From assembly GCA_031431875.1 (NCBI GenBank), contig JANPEF010000112.1, positions 1 through 17,559 on the forward strand: a DNA stretch of 17,559 bases, read 5' to 3'. How positions within the stretch are numbered: position 1 is the first letter of the stretch; the number at the start of each line of letters is the position of its first letter. The notes below the pieces were generated by a model. The model did no database searches and was not told the DNA's origin. It was given only the letters and a program-made list of their open reading frames with translations. The DNA comes from Candidatus Eiseniibacteriota bacterium. Its GTDB lineage: Bacteria > Eisenbacteria > RBG-16-71-46 > DASYSL01. Shown piece by piece: positions 1 to 9,579 of this stretch. A program made the translations under genes and the position numbers.

Positions 1-1374
1 GTACAGGCCCCAGCCCTCGGCGAACGAGGTCGTTCCGGTGTGCTTGCGAAACTCGGGCAAGCCCGTCAGCTCCTGGGCGATCGCGATCTGCAGGTGATGT
101 CCGGGCACCGCCTCGTGGAACGCCAGCGCCTCGGCTTCGTAGCGGGGACGCGTCGTCGGCGCGTAGGTGTTGATCATGAAGAGCCCCGGGCGCGAGCCGT
201 CGGTCGCGGGCTGCTGGTAGTAGGCGATCGTCGACTGCGGCGCCTCGAGCGCGCTCATCGCCTTCACTTCGCAGGGCGCCGTCGGGAGGATCCCGAACCA
301 GTCGCCGATCTTCGCGTTCGCGCGCGCGAGCGATTCGCGGGCCTTCGCCTCGATCTCCTCGGCCGACGTGAAGTGCAGGGCCGGGTCGTTGCGCAGTCGC
401 TTCTGGATCTCGGCCACGTCCGACGTGCCCATCATCTTCGCGCCCAGCGCCGACAGCTCGGCGCGGATGCGCGCGATCTCGGACTCGCCCAACGCGTGCA
501 GCTCCTGGGGTGTCTTGGCGAGCGAGGTGTGCACCTTGATCATGTTCCTGTAGCTGTCCATGCCGCCCGGAAGCGCGGCCAGGCCGGGCCTCTCCTGCGG
601 CCGCGCCGCGGGGCGCACACGGTCACGCAGGAACGCGTGGTACCGCGCGTAGGCGGGCTTCACGCGATCGTGCACCGCCGCGGTCAGCTCGCGCTCGAAG
701 CGCGCGCTGTCGGCCCCGCCCAGGCCCTCGGGGCGCGGGCGGCGCGCCACGTCGACGATCGCCCACTGCGCGGGCGGCACGGACTCGAGCGAGGCGAGCT
801 GCGTGATCGTCTTGTCCACCGGCTCGATCACCGCCGTGCGGCCACTGTCGAGCCCGCGCGTCAGGTTCGCGACGTGCTGGTCGAGCGACGGTCCCATCGC
901 GCGCACGCGCTCGACGAAGTCGTCGGCCTCCTTCGTCGTCCGGATCGGCGTGAGCTCGCCAATCGTCTGGAACGCGACCTGCGGCCCGCCCATCGGGTCG
1001 ACGACCCACTCGTCGAAGCGGCACGCGTCCTGCGCCAGCGCATCGTCGATCTCGCCGATCAGGAGCCCGCGCGTGGTGCGCCGCGCCGGGTCGAGTGCGG
1101 CAGCGTCGATCGCCTCGGCGCGTACGCGGATCGCCCGCAGGGCGGCGAGCGCGTGCTCGCGTCCCGCGGGCGAGTTGTCCGCGAGCAGGGCGTCGTAGCG
1201 CCGGTCGCCCAGTTGCGTCGCCCACTCCGGCGACATGCGCATGAGCAGCTGCCAGTAGTCGTCGCACAGCGTGTCGAGCGCGCCACCTGCGGCCGGCGTG
1301 GGTGCGGTGGCCGCCGCCACGGGCAGGGCGACGACGAGCGTGAGCAGGAGCTGGAGCACGACGGCACGACGCAT
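1..1374 (-). CDS. DUF885 family protein (putative secreted zinc metallopeptidase), 3' end outside window
   Basis: Not in the ORF track because it runs off the edge. Manual translation gives ATG at 1374 after GGAGG (1381-1385), a signal peptide MRRAVVLQLLLTLVVALPVAAA, 'SPEWATQLGDRRYD', and the DUF885 motifs 'LAFHEAVPGHHLQ' and 'FAEGWGLY' at the window edge. Confidence 0.92.
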   Translation of the reverse strand, partial: MRRAVVLQLLLTLVVALPVAAATAPTPAAGGALDTLCDDYWQLLMRMSPEWATQLGDRRYDALLADNSPAGREHALAALRAIRVRAEAIDAAALDPARRTTRGLLIGEIDDALAQDACRFDEWVVDPMGGPQVAFQTIGELTPIRTTKEADDFVERVRAMGPSLDQHVANLTRGLDSGRTAVIEPVDKTITQLASLESVPPAQWAIVDVARRPRPEGLGGADSARFERELTAAVHDRVKPAYARYHAFLRDRVRPAARPQERPGLAALPGGMDSYRNMIKVHTSLAKTPQELHALGESEIARIRAELSALGAKMMGTSDVAEIQKRLRNDPALHFTSAEEIEAKARESLARANAKIGDWFGILPTAPCEVKAMSALEAPQSTIAYYQQPATDGSRPGLFMINTYAPTTRPRYEAEALAFHEAVPGHHLQIAIAQELTGLPEFRKHTGTTSFAEGWGLY

Positions 1375-1391
1375 GACGATCCTCCGTACGA

Positions 1392-2129
1392 TCAGGATTC
1401 GGCGGCCGCGCGCTTGCGCGCCCGGGCCAGGATGAACGGCCCGACGAGGGCCATGAGGGCGAAGCAGAACCACTGTCCGGCATAACCAAGGTGCGTCGCG
1501 GTGTTCGCATAGCGTGCCCGGGAGCGCGCGGGCGCCGCCGGCACGCCCTCACCTTCGAGTTCGCGCAGCAGCACCGGCGCGACGGGATAGGGCAGCGCGG
1601 CCGCCACCGAATCGGCGACCAGCCAGCGCGTCGACCACACCATCATCCGCGCGGTCGGCGTCAGGCGCCACAGCGCATCGCCAGCGCGCAGCGCAATCGG
1701 CTCAACCAGTCCCGTCACCGCCCGCGCGACCGTGTCCGGCTCGGCCGGCGGGATCGCCGTCGCCGCATCGTCGGCGGGGACGAACCCACGATCGACCAGC
1801 ACGGCGTCGCCGCCGTCCTCGCGCAAGAGCGGCGTCACCACATGCACGCCGGGGTAGCCGTCGCGCGAACGGCCGATGAGCAGGATCTGCCGCGCCTCGT
1901 CGAAGCGTCCGCGCACCGTCCAGCGGCCCACCCCGAGCAGGCTGGCCGGAGGTAGGTCCGTGGTCCGCGACGGCAAGAGCCGCGGCGGTGCCGCGATTGC
2001 CGCGGCCAGGCCTCGATTGTCCGCGGTGCGCGTGCGATAGCGTCCCAACTGCCAGAGCCCCAACGAGATACAGGTGGCGGCCACGACGACGGCGGCAACG
2101 GTTCCAAGGACGGAGCGGAGGGGTGGCAC
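1392..2129 (-). CDS. SURF1 family protein (cytochrome oxidase assembly factor-like)
   Basis: N-terminal TM with 'LGLWQLGR', 'PGVHVVTPL', 'VLVDRGFVP', and C-terminal 'HLGYAGQWFCFA' plus TM, all typical SURF1 motifs. GTG start. Confidence 0.92.
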   Translation of the reverse strand: MPPLRSVLGTVAAVVVAATCISLGLWQLGRYRTRTADNRGLAAAIAAPPRLLPSRTTDLPPASLLGVGRWTVRGRFDEARQILLIGRSRDGYPGVHVVTPLLREDGGDAVLVDRGFVPADDAATAIPPAEPDTVARAVTGLVEPIALRAGDALWRLTPTARMMVWSTRWLVADSVAAALPYPVAPVLLRELEGEGVPAAPARSRARYANTATHLGYAGQWFCFALMALVGPFILARARKRAAAES

Positions 2130-2135
2130 GCCGGC

Positions 2136-2164
2136 ACTCTAGCCCGACGCAACCCGCCGGCCAA
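2136..2164 (-). promoter_or_regulatory. Putative sigma70 promoter for a leaderless SURF1 transcript
   Basis: Minus strand reads TTGGCC-N17-TAGAGT, then 6 nt, then the GTG start. No SD sequence. Confidence 0.6.
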
Positions 2165-2173
2165 GCCTGCGTA
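2149..2173 (+). promoter_or_regulatory. Putative ECF (SigW-like) promoter upstream of the membrane protein pair
   Basis: GCAAC-N16-CGTA resembles the AAC-N16-CGTA pattern of SigW-type ECF promoters. Confidence 0.4.
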
Positions 2174-2223
2174 AGTTGGCAAGTCGTCGTCAGGTTCGTT
2201 CCCGCCGGAAGGAGGATGCGCCC

Positions 2224-2550
2224 GTGGTCGAAACCCTCGTGATCACCGCCCTGCTCGTCAGCTGCGTGGCCATGGCCGTCGTCTCGTGGCTGGCCCGGAT
2301 CGTCGCCCGGCTCGCCGGCATGCCCTTCGGCGCCGCGAGCTGGTTCCTGCACGGGCTCGGCTTCCTCGTGACTCTGCCGTTCGTGCTCACGCTGATGGTC
2401 CTCACCAACGGCCTCGCCTCCGAGACGTGGTGGGCCGGTGGGTTCATCCTGCTCGCGGCCATGGTTTCGTTCCTCGGCGGGGGCATCCACCTGGTCCGGG
2501 ATCTCGCGTTCGGCCACATGCGCCGTACGCATGCGCGGGGCGCCCGATGA
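2224..2550 (+). CDS. Small hypothetical membrane protein (~108 aa, about 3 TM)
   Basis: GGAGG at 2211-2215 precedes GTG 2224. Hydrophobic segments and GC-rich third codon positions. Stop overlaps the next ATG (ATGA). Confidence 0.75.
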   Translation: MVETLVITALLVSCVAMAVVSWLARIVARLAGMPFGAASWFLHGLGFLVTLPFVLTLMVLTNGLASETWWAGGFILLAAMVSFLGGGIHLVRDLAFGHMRRTHARGAR

Positions 2551-2894
2551 TCGAACTCTTCGTCATCCTCGCGCTGATCGTCGTCGCGCTCATCGTCTTC
2601 AGCATGCTGGGCGCGGTGTTCCACGTGTTCGGCGAGCTCGTCGGCGCGGCATTCAGCGTCCTCGGCTGGCTGATCGCCCTGCCGTTCGTGATCTTCGGCT
2701 GGCTCGTCTCGGCGCTCGGGTTCCTCTTCGCCGGGCCGGTCCTCCTGATCGCGCTGCTCGTGCCCATCGGGCTGGTCTTGCTGACGATCGGCATCGTGCT
2801 GCTCGCGTTCCTGGCGCCGGCGATCATCGTGGGCGGCGGGCTGTGGTTCGCGCTGCGGGCGTGGTTCGCGCCGCGGAGGCCGCTGGCCACGTAA
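2547..2894 (+). CDS. Very hydrophobic small membrane protein (115 aa)
   Basis: ATGA overlap with the upstream gene. [18 protein letters not shown]...[18 protein letters not shown] is almost uninterruptedly hydrophobic. Confidence 0.8.
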   Translation: MIELFVILALIVVALIVFSMLGAVFHVFGELVGAAFSVLGWLIALPFVIFGWLVSALGFLFAGPVLLIALLVPIGLVLLTIGIVLLAFLAPAIIVGGGLWFALRAWFAPRRPLAT

Positions 2895-2915
2895 CGGCGA
2901 AGCCGCAGGGGATTC

Positions 2916-2966
2916 CGCAGGGGGTGCGCGGTCCACCACGACCGCATGCACCCCCTTGCGCGTTTT
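2916..2966 (+). terminator. Putative intrinsic terminator after the membrane protein pair
   Basis: Long hairpin cgcagggggtgc-gcggtc / gaccgc-at-gcacccccttgcg followed by cgTTTT. Confidence 0.55.
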
Positions 2967-2986
2967 CGGCCCGATCCGTCCGCCCC

Positions 2987-3015
2987 TTGCCGACACGCCC
3001 CGTTTCTGGTCCAAT
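2987..3015 (+). promoter_or_regulatory. Possible sigma70 promoter for ettA
   Basis: TTGCCG-N17-TCCAAT with a TG extended -10 element. The -10 match is imperfect. Confidence 0.35.
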
Positions 3016-3118
3016 CGCCTCGTTCGCCGCCCCGTGCGGCCCCACCCGAAGCACCAGATCCCGCAGCCCGAGCGCCATCCCGCGCACGACTCGCCGCCCC
3101 GGCGGCCCGGAGGTTCGT

Positions 3119-4795
<1,677 letters not shown>

Positions 4796-4816
4796 CCTGC
4801 ATCCCCGGAGCCGACG

Positions 4817-5215
4817 ATGAGCGAGACGAACGAACTCCCGCCGCTCGGCGCGATCGCGTGGGCCGACCTCACGGTCGCCAACGCGCCCGCCGTGCGCGAC
4901 TTCTACGCGGCGGTCTGCGGCTGGATCGCCACCGACGTCGAGATGGGGGAGTACTCCGATTACGCCATGAGCCCCGACGGCGGCGATCCGGTGTCCGGCA
5001 TCTGCCATGCGCGCGGGGCGAACACCGGCCTGCCCGCGCAGTGGCTCGTCTACGTGGCGGTGCCGAGCCTCGAGGTGAGCCTCGCCGCCTGCAAGGCGTT
5101 GGGCGGCGCCGTCGTCACCCCGACGCGCGACATGGGTGCGTACGGTCGGATGGCCGTCGTCCGCGATCCGGCCGGCGCGGTGATGGCGCTCATCGAGCGG
5201 CCGAAGGGCGGCTGA
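4817..5215 (+). CDS. VOC/glyoxalase family protein
   Basis: 'AWADLTV...DFYAAVCGW', 'QWLVYVAV', 'GRMAVVRDPAGAVMAL'. GGAG RBS. Confidence 0.9.
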   Translation: MSETNELPPLGAIAWADLTVANAPAVRDFYAAVCGWIATDVEMGEYSDYAMSPDGGDPVSGICHARGANTGLPAQWLVYVAVPSLEVSLAACKALGGAVVTPTRDMGAYGRMAVVRDPAGAVMALIERPKGG

Positions 5216-5229
5216 GTCACCGGGGGCGG

Positions 5230-6000
5230 ATGATGCGTGCTGTCGAACTAGCGCTCGGCTCGATCGGCCTGCTCGTGCTGGCGGCCGGAGTTGCGCAGGC
5301 GCAGCTTCCCGGCCGAATGGGTCTCACCTGGGGCAACCAGTGCTCGCCGATCGTCGCGGACGTGGCTCCCCGGCCCGGCGAGACGGCGACCGTGACCGTG
5401 TTCGTCGACGATCACCAGATTCCGCTCACGGCCTATCGCGTCCACGTCATCCTCGGGCACTGGGACGGGACCCTTCCCGACGCATGGCGCTTCGATGCGG
5501 AAGGCTGCCAGGGGTCGGCCTCGGCGATCGTGCGGGGTGTCCCGCCGCCGGCGCTGGTGAACACTTGTCCTGCATTCGGCGGGACGGCCCAGTCCCTGGG
5601 CGTCTCCGGCATCACGGTTTTTCCTTTCGTCTGGCGTGGTCCCGACCGGCTCCTGTTGCGTGCATTCCTCGGCAGCTCGTTCGATCGCGAGGTGCGACCG
5701 GATCCAGCGCGGCGGTACTTTCTTGCGCAGTTCCAGTTCGATCACTCCGCGTCGATCGACGGTGTATCCATCCCTGGTGTGAGTTGCGGCGGGATGGAAC
5801 TCGGGATGTGTCTGGCGCTCGATTTCGACGGCTTCTGGGGAGGCGAGGGTTCCGGGTTCACGCGGAGCCCCGACGGAGTGTCGCTCGGCTTCTTGTCCGG
5901 CTCGAATGGCTGGCTGACCACGAACGGCTCCACCGGATGTCCTTCGGTCCCCGCACGCGCCTCCACCTGGGGCGGAATCAAGTCGCAGTATCGTCGCTGA
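5230..6000 (+). CDS. Secreted Cys-containing hypothetical protein with C-terminal STWGGIKSQYRR tail
   Basis: C-terminal part of track ORF 3643..6000. Start ATG 5230 or 5233. Signal peptide ending AQA-Q, 6 Cys, paralogous to 6532..6819. Confidence 0.85.
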   Translation: MMRAVELALGSIGLLVLAAGVAQAQLPGRMGLTWGNQCSPIVADVAPRPGETATVTVFVDDHQIPLTAYRVHVILGHWDGTLPDAWRFDAEGCQGSASAIVRGVPPPALVNTCPAFGGTAQSLGVSGITVFPFVWRGPDRLLLRAFLGSSFDREVRPDPARRYFLAQFQFDHSASIDGVSIPGVSCGGMELGMCLALDFDGFWGGEGSGFTRSPDGVSLGFLSGSNGWLTTNGSTGCPSVPARASTWGGIKSQYRR

Positions 6001-6049
6001 TGTTTCGTGAGTCGCCTCGAAGCCACATCCGAGACCGGAGGACTGCGCC

Positions 6050-6370
6050 ATGCCCGAATACGTCATCGCCGCCTACCGCCCGAAGCCCGGCCACGAGGCC
6101 GCGCTCCTCGCCTGCGTCCGCGATCACCACCCGATCCTGCGGAAGGAAGGGCTCGTCACGGGTCGCGAGGTCACGGTGCTGCGCGCACCCGACGGCGTGA
6201 TCGTCGAGATCTTCGAGTGGAAGTCGAAGGAGGCCGTCGAGTCCGCGCATCACAATCCGGCCGTGCTCGCGCTGTGGAAGCGCTTCAGCGATTGCTCGAC
6301 GTTCGCCACGCTTTCGGAACTCCCCGGCGCGGCGACTCCGTTCCCGCACTTCGAGTTCGTGGCGCTCTAG
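6050..6370 (+). CDS. Small dimeric alpha/beta-barrel (ABM monooxygenase-like) protein
   Basis: GGAGG RBS. 'AAYRPKPGHEAAL' and 'IVEIFEWKSKEAVESAHHNPAV' fit the ABM/Dabb-like pattern. Confidence 0.75.
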   Translation: MPEYVIAAYRPKPGHEAALLACVRDHHPILRKEGLVTGREVTVLRAPDGVIVEIFEWKSKEAVESAHHNPAVLALWKRFSDCSTFATLSELPGAATPFPHFEFVAL

Positions 6371-6531
6371 GCGCGACAGGTCGCCCCCGGCGCACCCCTG
6401 GCCGAAGTCGCCGCTGGCGAACCCGCTCCCACTCCTGGAGCCTCCACGACCTCTCCCCCCGCCGTGATGTCCTGGTGTTTCCAACCGGACGACCGACCGG
6501 GGCCCTCCGGTCCGGCGCCAGGGAGATCCTC

Positions 6532-6819
6532 GTGAACGCCTACCCGGACGGGCAGCAGTCCAATCCGGCGCAGCGGCAGTTCCTCGTCCGGTTCTACTTC
6601 GACCATTCGTTCTCGGTGTTCGGGCCGACGACGCCCGGGACCGACTGTGGCGGATTCGAGACGCCGATGGTCCTTCGCCTCCTGGCTGCGAGCTACATTC
6701 GTCAGTCGACCGGGGAGGAAATTCTCTTCGACGTCGGAAACGGGTCGCTCGGCGTGAACGGCGCCGTGCCGGCCGATCGCTCGACCTGGGGTCAGATCAA
6801 GAACACGTATCGCCGCTGA
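6532..6819 (+). pseudogene. N-terminally truncated paralog of the secreted TWG-tail protein (gene fragment or 95 aa mini-gene)
   Basis: 21/41 identities to the C-terminal half of 5230..6000 plus the same tail. No signal peptide and too little room after 6370 for the N-terminal half. Possible GTG 6532 after GGGAG. Confidence 0.6.
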
Positions 6820-8023
6820 GGAGCCCTGCGGCCTCCGCGGCACCGTCGACGCCCGCGAGCTCGTCCCCGAGCGCGCGGGCGTTCGCGCGCATGGCCTCGC
6901 TCTCCAGCGCGGTGCGGATCGCCTGCGCGAGCTTCACCGCCGTCACGCCGCGCTCGATCAGCGGTGGGGGGCCGAGCCCCCGTTCGTGCACGCGCCACCC
7001 GTGCCAGTGCTGGTCGCCCAGGTGCGAGACGACGACCTGCGGCACGCCGGCGCGCGTGGCGCGCGCCGTGGTGCCCGCGCCGCCGTGATGGACGATCGCG
7101 GCCATGCGCGGGAACACCGCTCCGTGGGGGACGTCGCCGAGGACCAGCCGGTCCGCTCCGGAGAGCGTCGTGCCATCGGCCCCGCTCCATCCTGCGCCGA
7201 CCACCGCGCGCACGCCCGCGAGCGCGACTGCCTCGCGCAGCAGGCGCGCGAGCCGCGCTCGATCCCCGTGCACCATGCTCCCGAACCCGAGATAGACGAC
7301 CGGCGGTGCCGGCGTCGCCAGCATCCGGTCGAGCTCGGGGAGCGCCGGGGCCGGCTCGTCGAGCACCCATGCCGGCGTCACGTCGAGCGGTGCACGGGCC
7401 AGGGAGCGGGCGTCGTCGGGCAGGGGGGCGATCGCTGGATCGGCCGCAAGGAGGATCCGGCCCGATTCGACGAGGTGATCGTAGAGCCGTCCGGCGGGGG
7501 GAAGCCCGCGCCGCGCGCGCTCGCGGTCGAGCGTGCGATGAGTGATCGGCGGCGCGTGGTCGCTCAGCCACCAGTGCGCTCGGGCGAGGAAGCGGGGCGT
7601 GCGGCGCAACGGGATCGCCAGCAGCGGGAGCGTGAAGTTCCGCAAGTAGAGCGGGCTGAAGACCGCGTAGGCGTAGCGGGCGCCGACCTGCGCGGCGATC
7701 GAGGGCGCGGTCCACGCCATCATCGAACCGACGACCAGGTCCGGGCGGAAGTCGAGCGCCGCGCGCTCGAGCGCGGCGTACGTGGCGGGCACACGTGCCA
7801 TGGCTCGCATCAGGACGGCGCCCTCGAAGTGCGTTCCGTCGAAGCAGTCGCGGAAGGCGGGCACGCCGTCGGCGACGTCGAAGCCGAGCCCACGCGCCCA
7901 GGCGGCCATATCGCCGGGCGGCGCCACGAGGACCTCGTGACTCCGCGCGCGCAGCGCCCGCCCGAGCGCGAGCAGGGGAGCGACGTCGCCGCGACTGCCG
8001 AAGGGCGCGAGCAGGACGCGCAC
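6797..8023 (-). CDS. GT1-family (GT-B fold) glycosyltransferase, Gtf/sterol glucosyltransferase-like
   Basis: GTG 8023 gives MRVLLAPFGSRGDVAPLLALG. Also 'VYLGFGSM', 'VHHGGAGTT', 'GDQHWHG'. 408 aa. Confidence 0.92.
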   Translation of the reverse strand: MRVLLAPFGSRGDVAPLLALGRALRARSHEVLVAPPGDMAAWARGLGFDVADGVPAFRDCFDGTHFEGAVLMRAMARVPATYAALERAALDFRPDLVVGSMMAWTAPSIAAQVGARYAYAVFSPLYLRNFTLPLLAIPLRRTPRFLARAHWWLSDHAPPITHRTLDRERARRGLPPAGRLYDHLVESGRILLAADPAIAPLPDDARSLARAPLDVTPAWVLDEPAPALPELDRMLATPAPPVVYLGFGSMVHGDRARLARLLREAVALAGVRAVVGAGWSGADGTTLSGADRLVLGDVPHGAVFPRMAAIVHHGGAGTTARATRAGVPQVVVSHLGDQHWHGWRVHERGLGPPPLIERGVTAVKLAQAIRTALESEAMRANARALGDELAGVDGAAEAAGLLSGDTCS

Positions 8024-8028
8024 GGTCG

Positions 8029-9480
8029 CTACGAGCGCCCCAGCGCCGCCACGATCTCCTTCGCCAGCAACGTCAGCGATGGGTCGCGCGCGCCCATGAC
8101 GAGCACGAGGTCTCGGGGCTGCGCTTCCGCGGCAATCGCGGCGACGAGTTCCGGTCGCGACGCCGCGAAGGCCGCGCGTGCGCCGAGCCCCGCCGCAGCG
8201 AGGTCGGCGACGATGTCGGCCGAGGAGAAGTCCCGCGTCGTCGTGCCTCCCGCGTAGAACACCTCGAGCCACCACGCCCGGTCGGTGGGGCCCAGCGCCT
8301 GCGCGAACGAGGCGACGAAATCGGCGCGCAGGAAGCGCGTCGGTCCGTAGCCGTGCGGCTGGTAGACGGCGAGCACGCGGCCGCCCGGGCCGACCCGGCC
8401 GTGGGCGGTCGCGATCGCCGCCTCGATCTTTGCCGGGTTGTGCGCGAAGTCGTCGATCACCTCGACGCCGTGGGCGGTGCCGATCGACTGGAAGCGGCGA
8501 CCCACGCCGCGGAACGAAGCGAGCGGCGCGACGAGCGACTCCGCCGGCACGCCGAGCGCGCGGGCGATCGCGATCGTCGCCAGCGCGTTCGCGACGTTGT
8601 GCCGCCCCGGCACCGGGAGCCGGAACGCGGTTCCGTCGACGGCGAAGGCGCTGCCGTCGGGCCCGAGTTCGATCGACCCGTCGGAGGCGTGCACGTCGGC
8701 GCGATCGTCGAAGCCGAACGTCGTCACGGGCAGCCCGCGGCCGCGGGCCGCGGCGACGAGCGGGGCGAGGTTCTCCCCGGAGCCGGCGACCAGCGCCTCG
8801 CGCGTGCGCGACTCGAATGTCTCGAACATGCGGAAGACGTCGGCTTCGGGCTTGTGGTCCTTCTGGAGATTGAGGATCACGCCCACCGCCGGCGCGTAGC
8901 GCACGAGCGAGCCGTCGCTCTCGTCGGCCTCGATGACGAGCAGGTCGCTCTTGCCCTTCCACGCGTTCCCCCACAGGCCGCGCGCGCGCAACGCCTCGAG
9001 ATCGCCGCCCGTGATCACCGACGGATCGCGACCCGCGCCCGCGAGCGCCTCCCAGACCATCGCCACGACCGACGACTTGCCGCTGGTGCCGCTGACCGCG
9101 ATCGTCCGCTCCCGCGCGACGAACCAGGCGAGCAGCTCGGAGCGATGGAGGATCGGGATGCCGCGCTCCTTCGCCGCGGCGACGTCGGGGACCGTGTCCT
9201 CGACCGCGGTCGAGACGACCAGTGCAACGCAGTCCGCGCCCGAGACACCGCTCCCGTCCTGCGGAAACAGTGTGATGCCGGCGGCGCGGAGCAGGACCGC
9301 GGCGTCATCGTGCCCGCCCTGGTCGAGCGAGCGATCGCTGCCGCTGGCGCGGCCGCCGAGAGCGACCTGGAACTGGGCGAGCGCGGACATGCCGCTGCCG
9401 CCCACGCCCGCGTAGTGGAAGCGGCCGGGACCGGCGGGATCGAGGCCGGCGAGCGAAGTCGAATCGAGAGGGATGGTCAC
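8029..9480 (-). CDS. Stand-alone MurC/Mpl-like Mur ligase
   Basis: 'GVGGSGMSALA', 'SGSDR', 'HRSELL', 'AVSGTSGKSS', 'IEADESDGS', 'PGRHNVAN', 'FRGVGRRF', 'DDFAHNP', 'YQPH'. Probable GTG start 9480. No dcw neighbours. Confidence 0.9.
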   Translation of the reverse strand: MTIPLDSTSLAGLDPAGPGRFHYAGVGGSGMSALAQFQVALGGRASGSDRSLDQGGHDDAAVLLRAAGITLFPQDGSGVSGADCVALVVSTAVEDTVPDVAAAKERGIPILHRSELLAWFVARERTIAVSGTSGKSSVVAMVWEALAGAGRDPSVITGGDLEALRARGLWGNAWKGKSDLLVIEADESDGSLVRYAPAVGVILNLQKDHKPEADVFRMFETFESRTREALVAGSGENLAPLVAAARGRGLPVTTFGFDDRADVHASDGSIELGPDGSAFAVDGTAFRLPVPGRHNVANALATIAIARALGVPAESLVAPLASFRGVGRRFQSIGTAHGVEVIDDFAHNPAKIEAAIATAHGRVGPGGRVLAVYQPHGYGPTRFLRADFVASFAQALGPTDRAWWLEVFYAGGTTTRDFSSADIVADLAAAGLGARAAFAASRPELVAAIAAEAQPRDLVLVMGARDPSLTLLAKEIVAALGRS

Positions 9481-9487
9481 GCAGCGC

Positions 9488-9516
9488 ACTGTGCCACAGC
9501 CCGGCGGGCGCGACAA
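9488..9516 (-). promoter_or_regulatory. Putative sigma70 promoter for a leaderless Mur ligase transcript
   Basis: Minus strand TTGTCG-N17-CACAGT with TGn extension, 7 nt before GTG 9480. No SD sequence. Confidence 0.5.
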
Positions 9517-9550
9517 CGAAACGGGCCGGCCGCGCGAGGCGACCGGCCCG
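9514..9550 (-). terminator. Intrinsic terminator of the M43 protease gene
   Basis: Minus strand 12-bp stem cgggccggtcgc / gcggccggcccg (one G-U), 5-nt loop, followed by TTTCGTT, about 30 nt after the stop. Confidence 0.75.
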
Positions 9551-9579
9551 ATCCGGGAATCAGTGACGCGGTGTGTGCG

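Noticed and set aside
40..1485. 481 aa + strand ORF
   Set aside because: Antisense shadow of the DUF885 gene. Arg-rich with no motifs.
2903..2924. Tandem CCGCAGGGG repeat as a CRISPR or operator array
   Set aside because: Only two 9-nt copies, and the second is part of the terminator stem.
2438..3118. 227 aa N-terminal extension of EttA in the ORF track
   Set aside because: It overlaps two real genes and a terminator. EttA homology and the RBS point to TTG 3119.
6007..6531. Upstream part of the 270 aa ORF as the N-terminus of the second TWG protein
   Set aside because: It overlaps the ABM-like gene in another frame and shows no signal peptide or similarity to the paralog's N-terminal half.
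8024..8974. Long N-terminal extension of the glycosyltransferase or a Mur-GT fusion
   Set aside because: It is an off-frame reading of the Mur ligase, which has its own stop at 8029. The GT fold starts at 8023.
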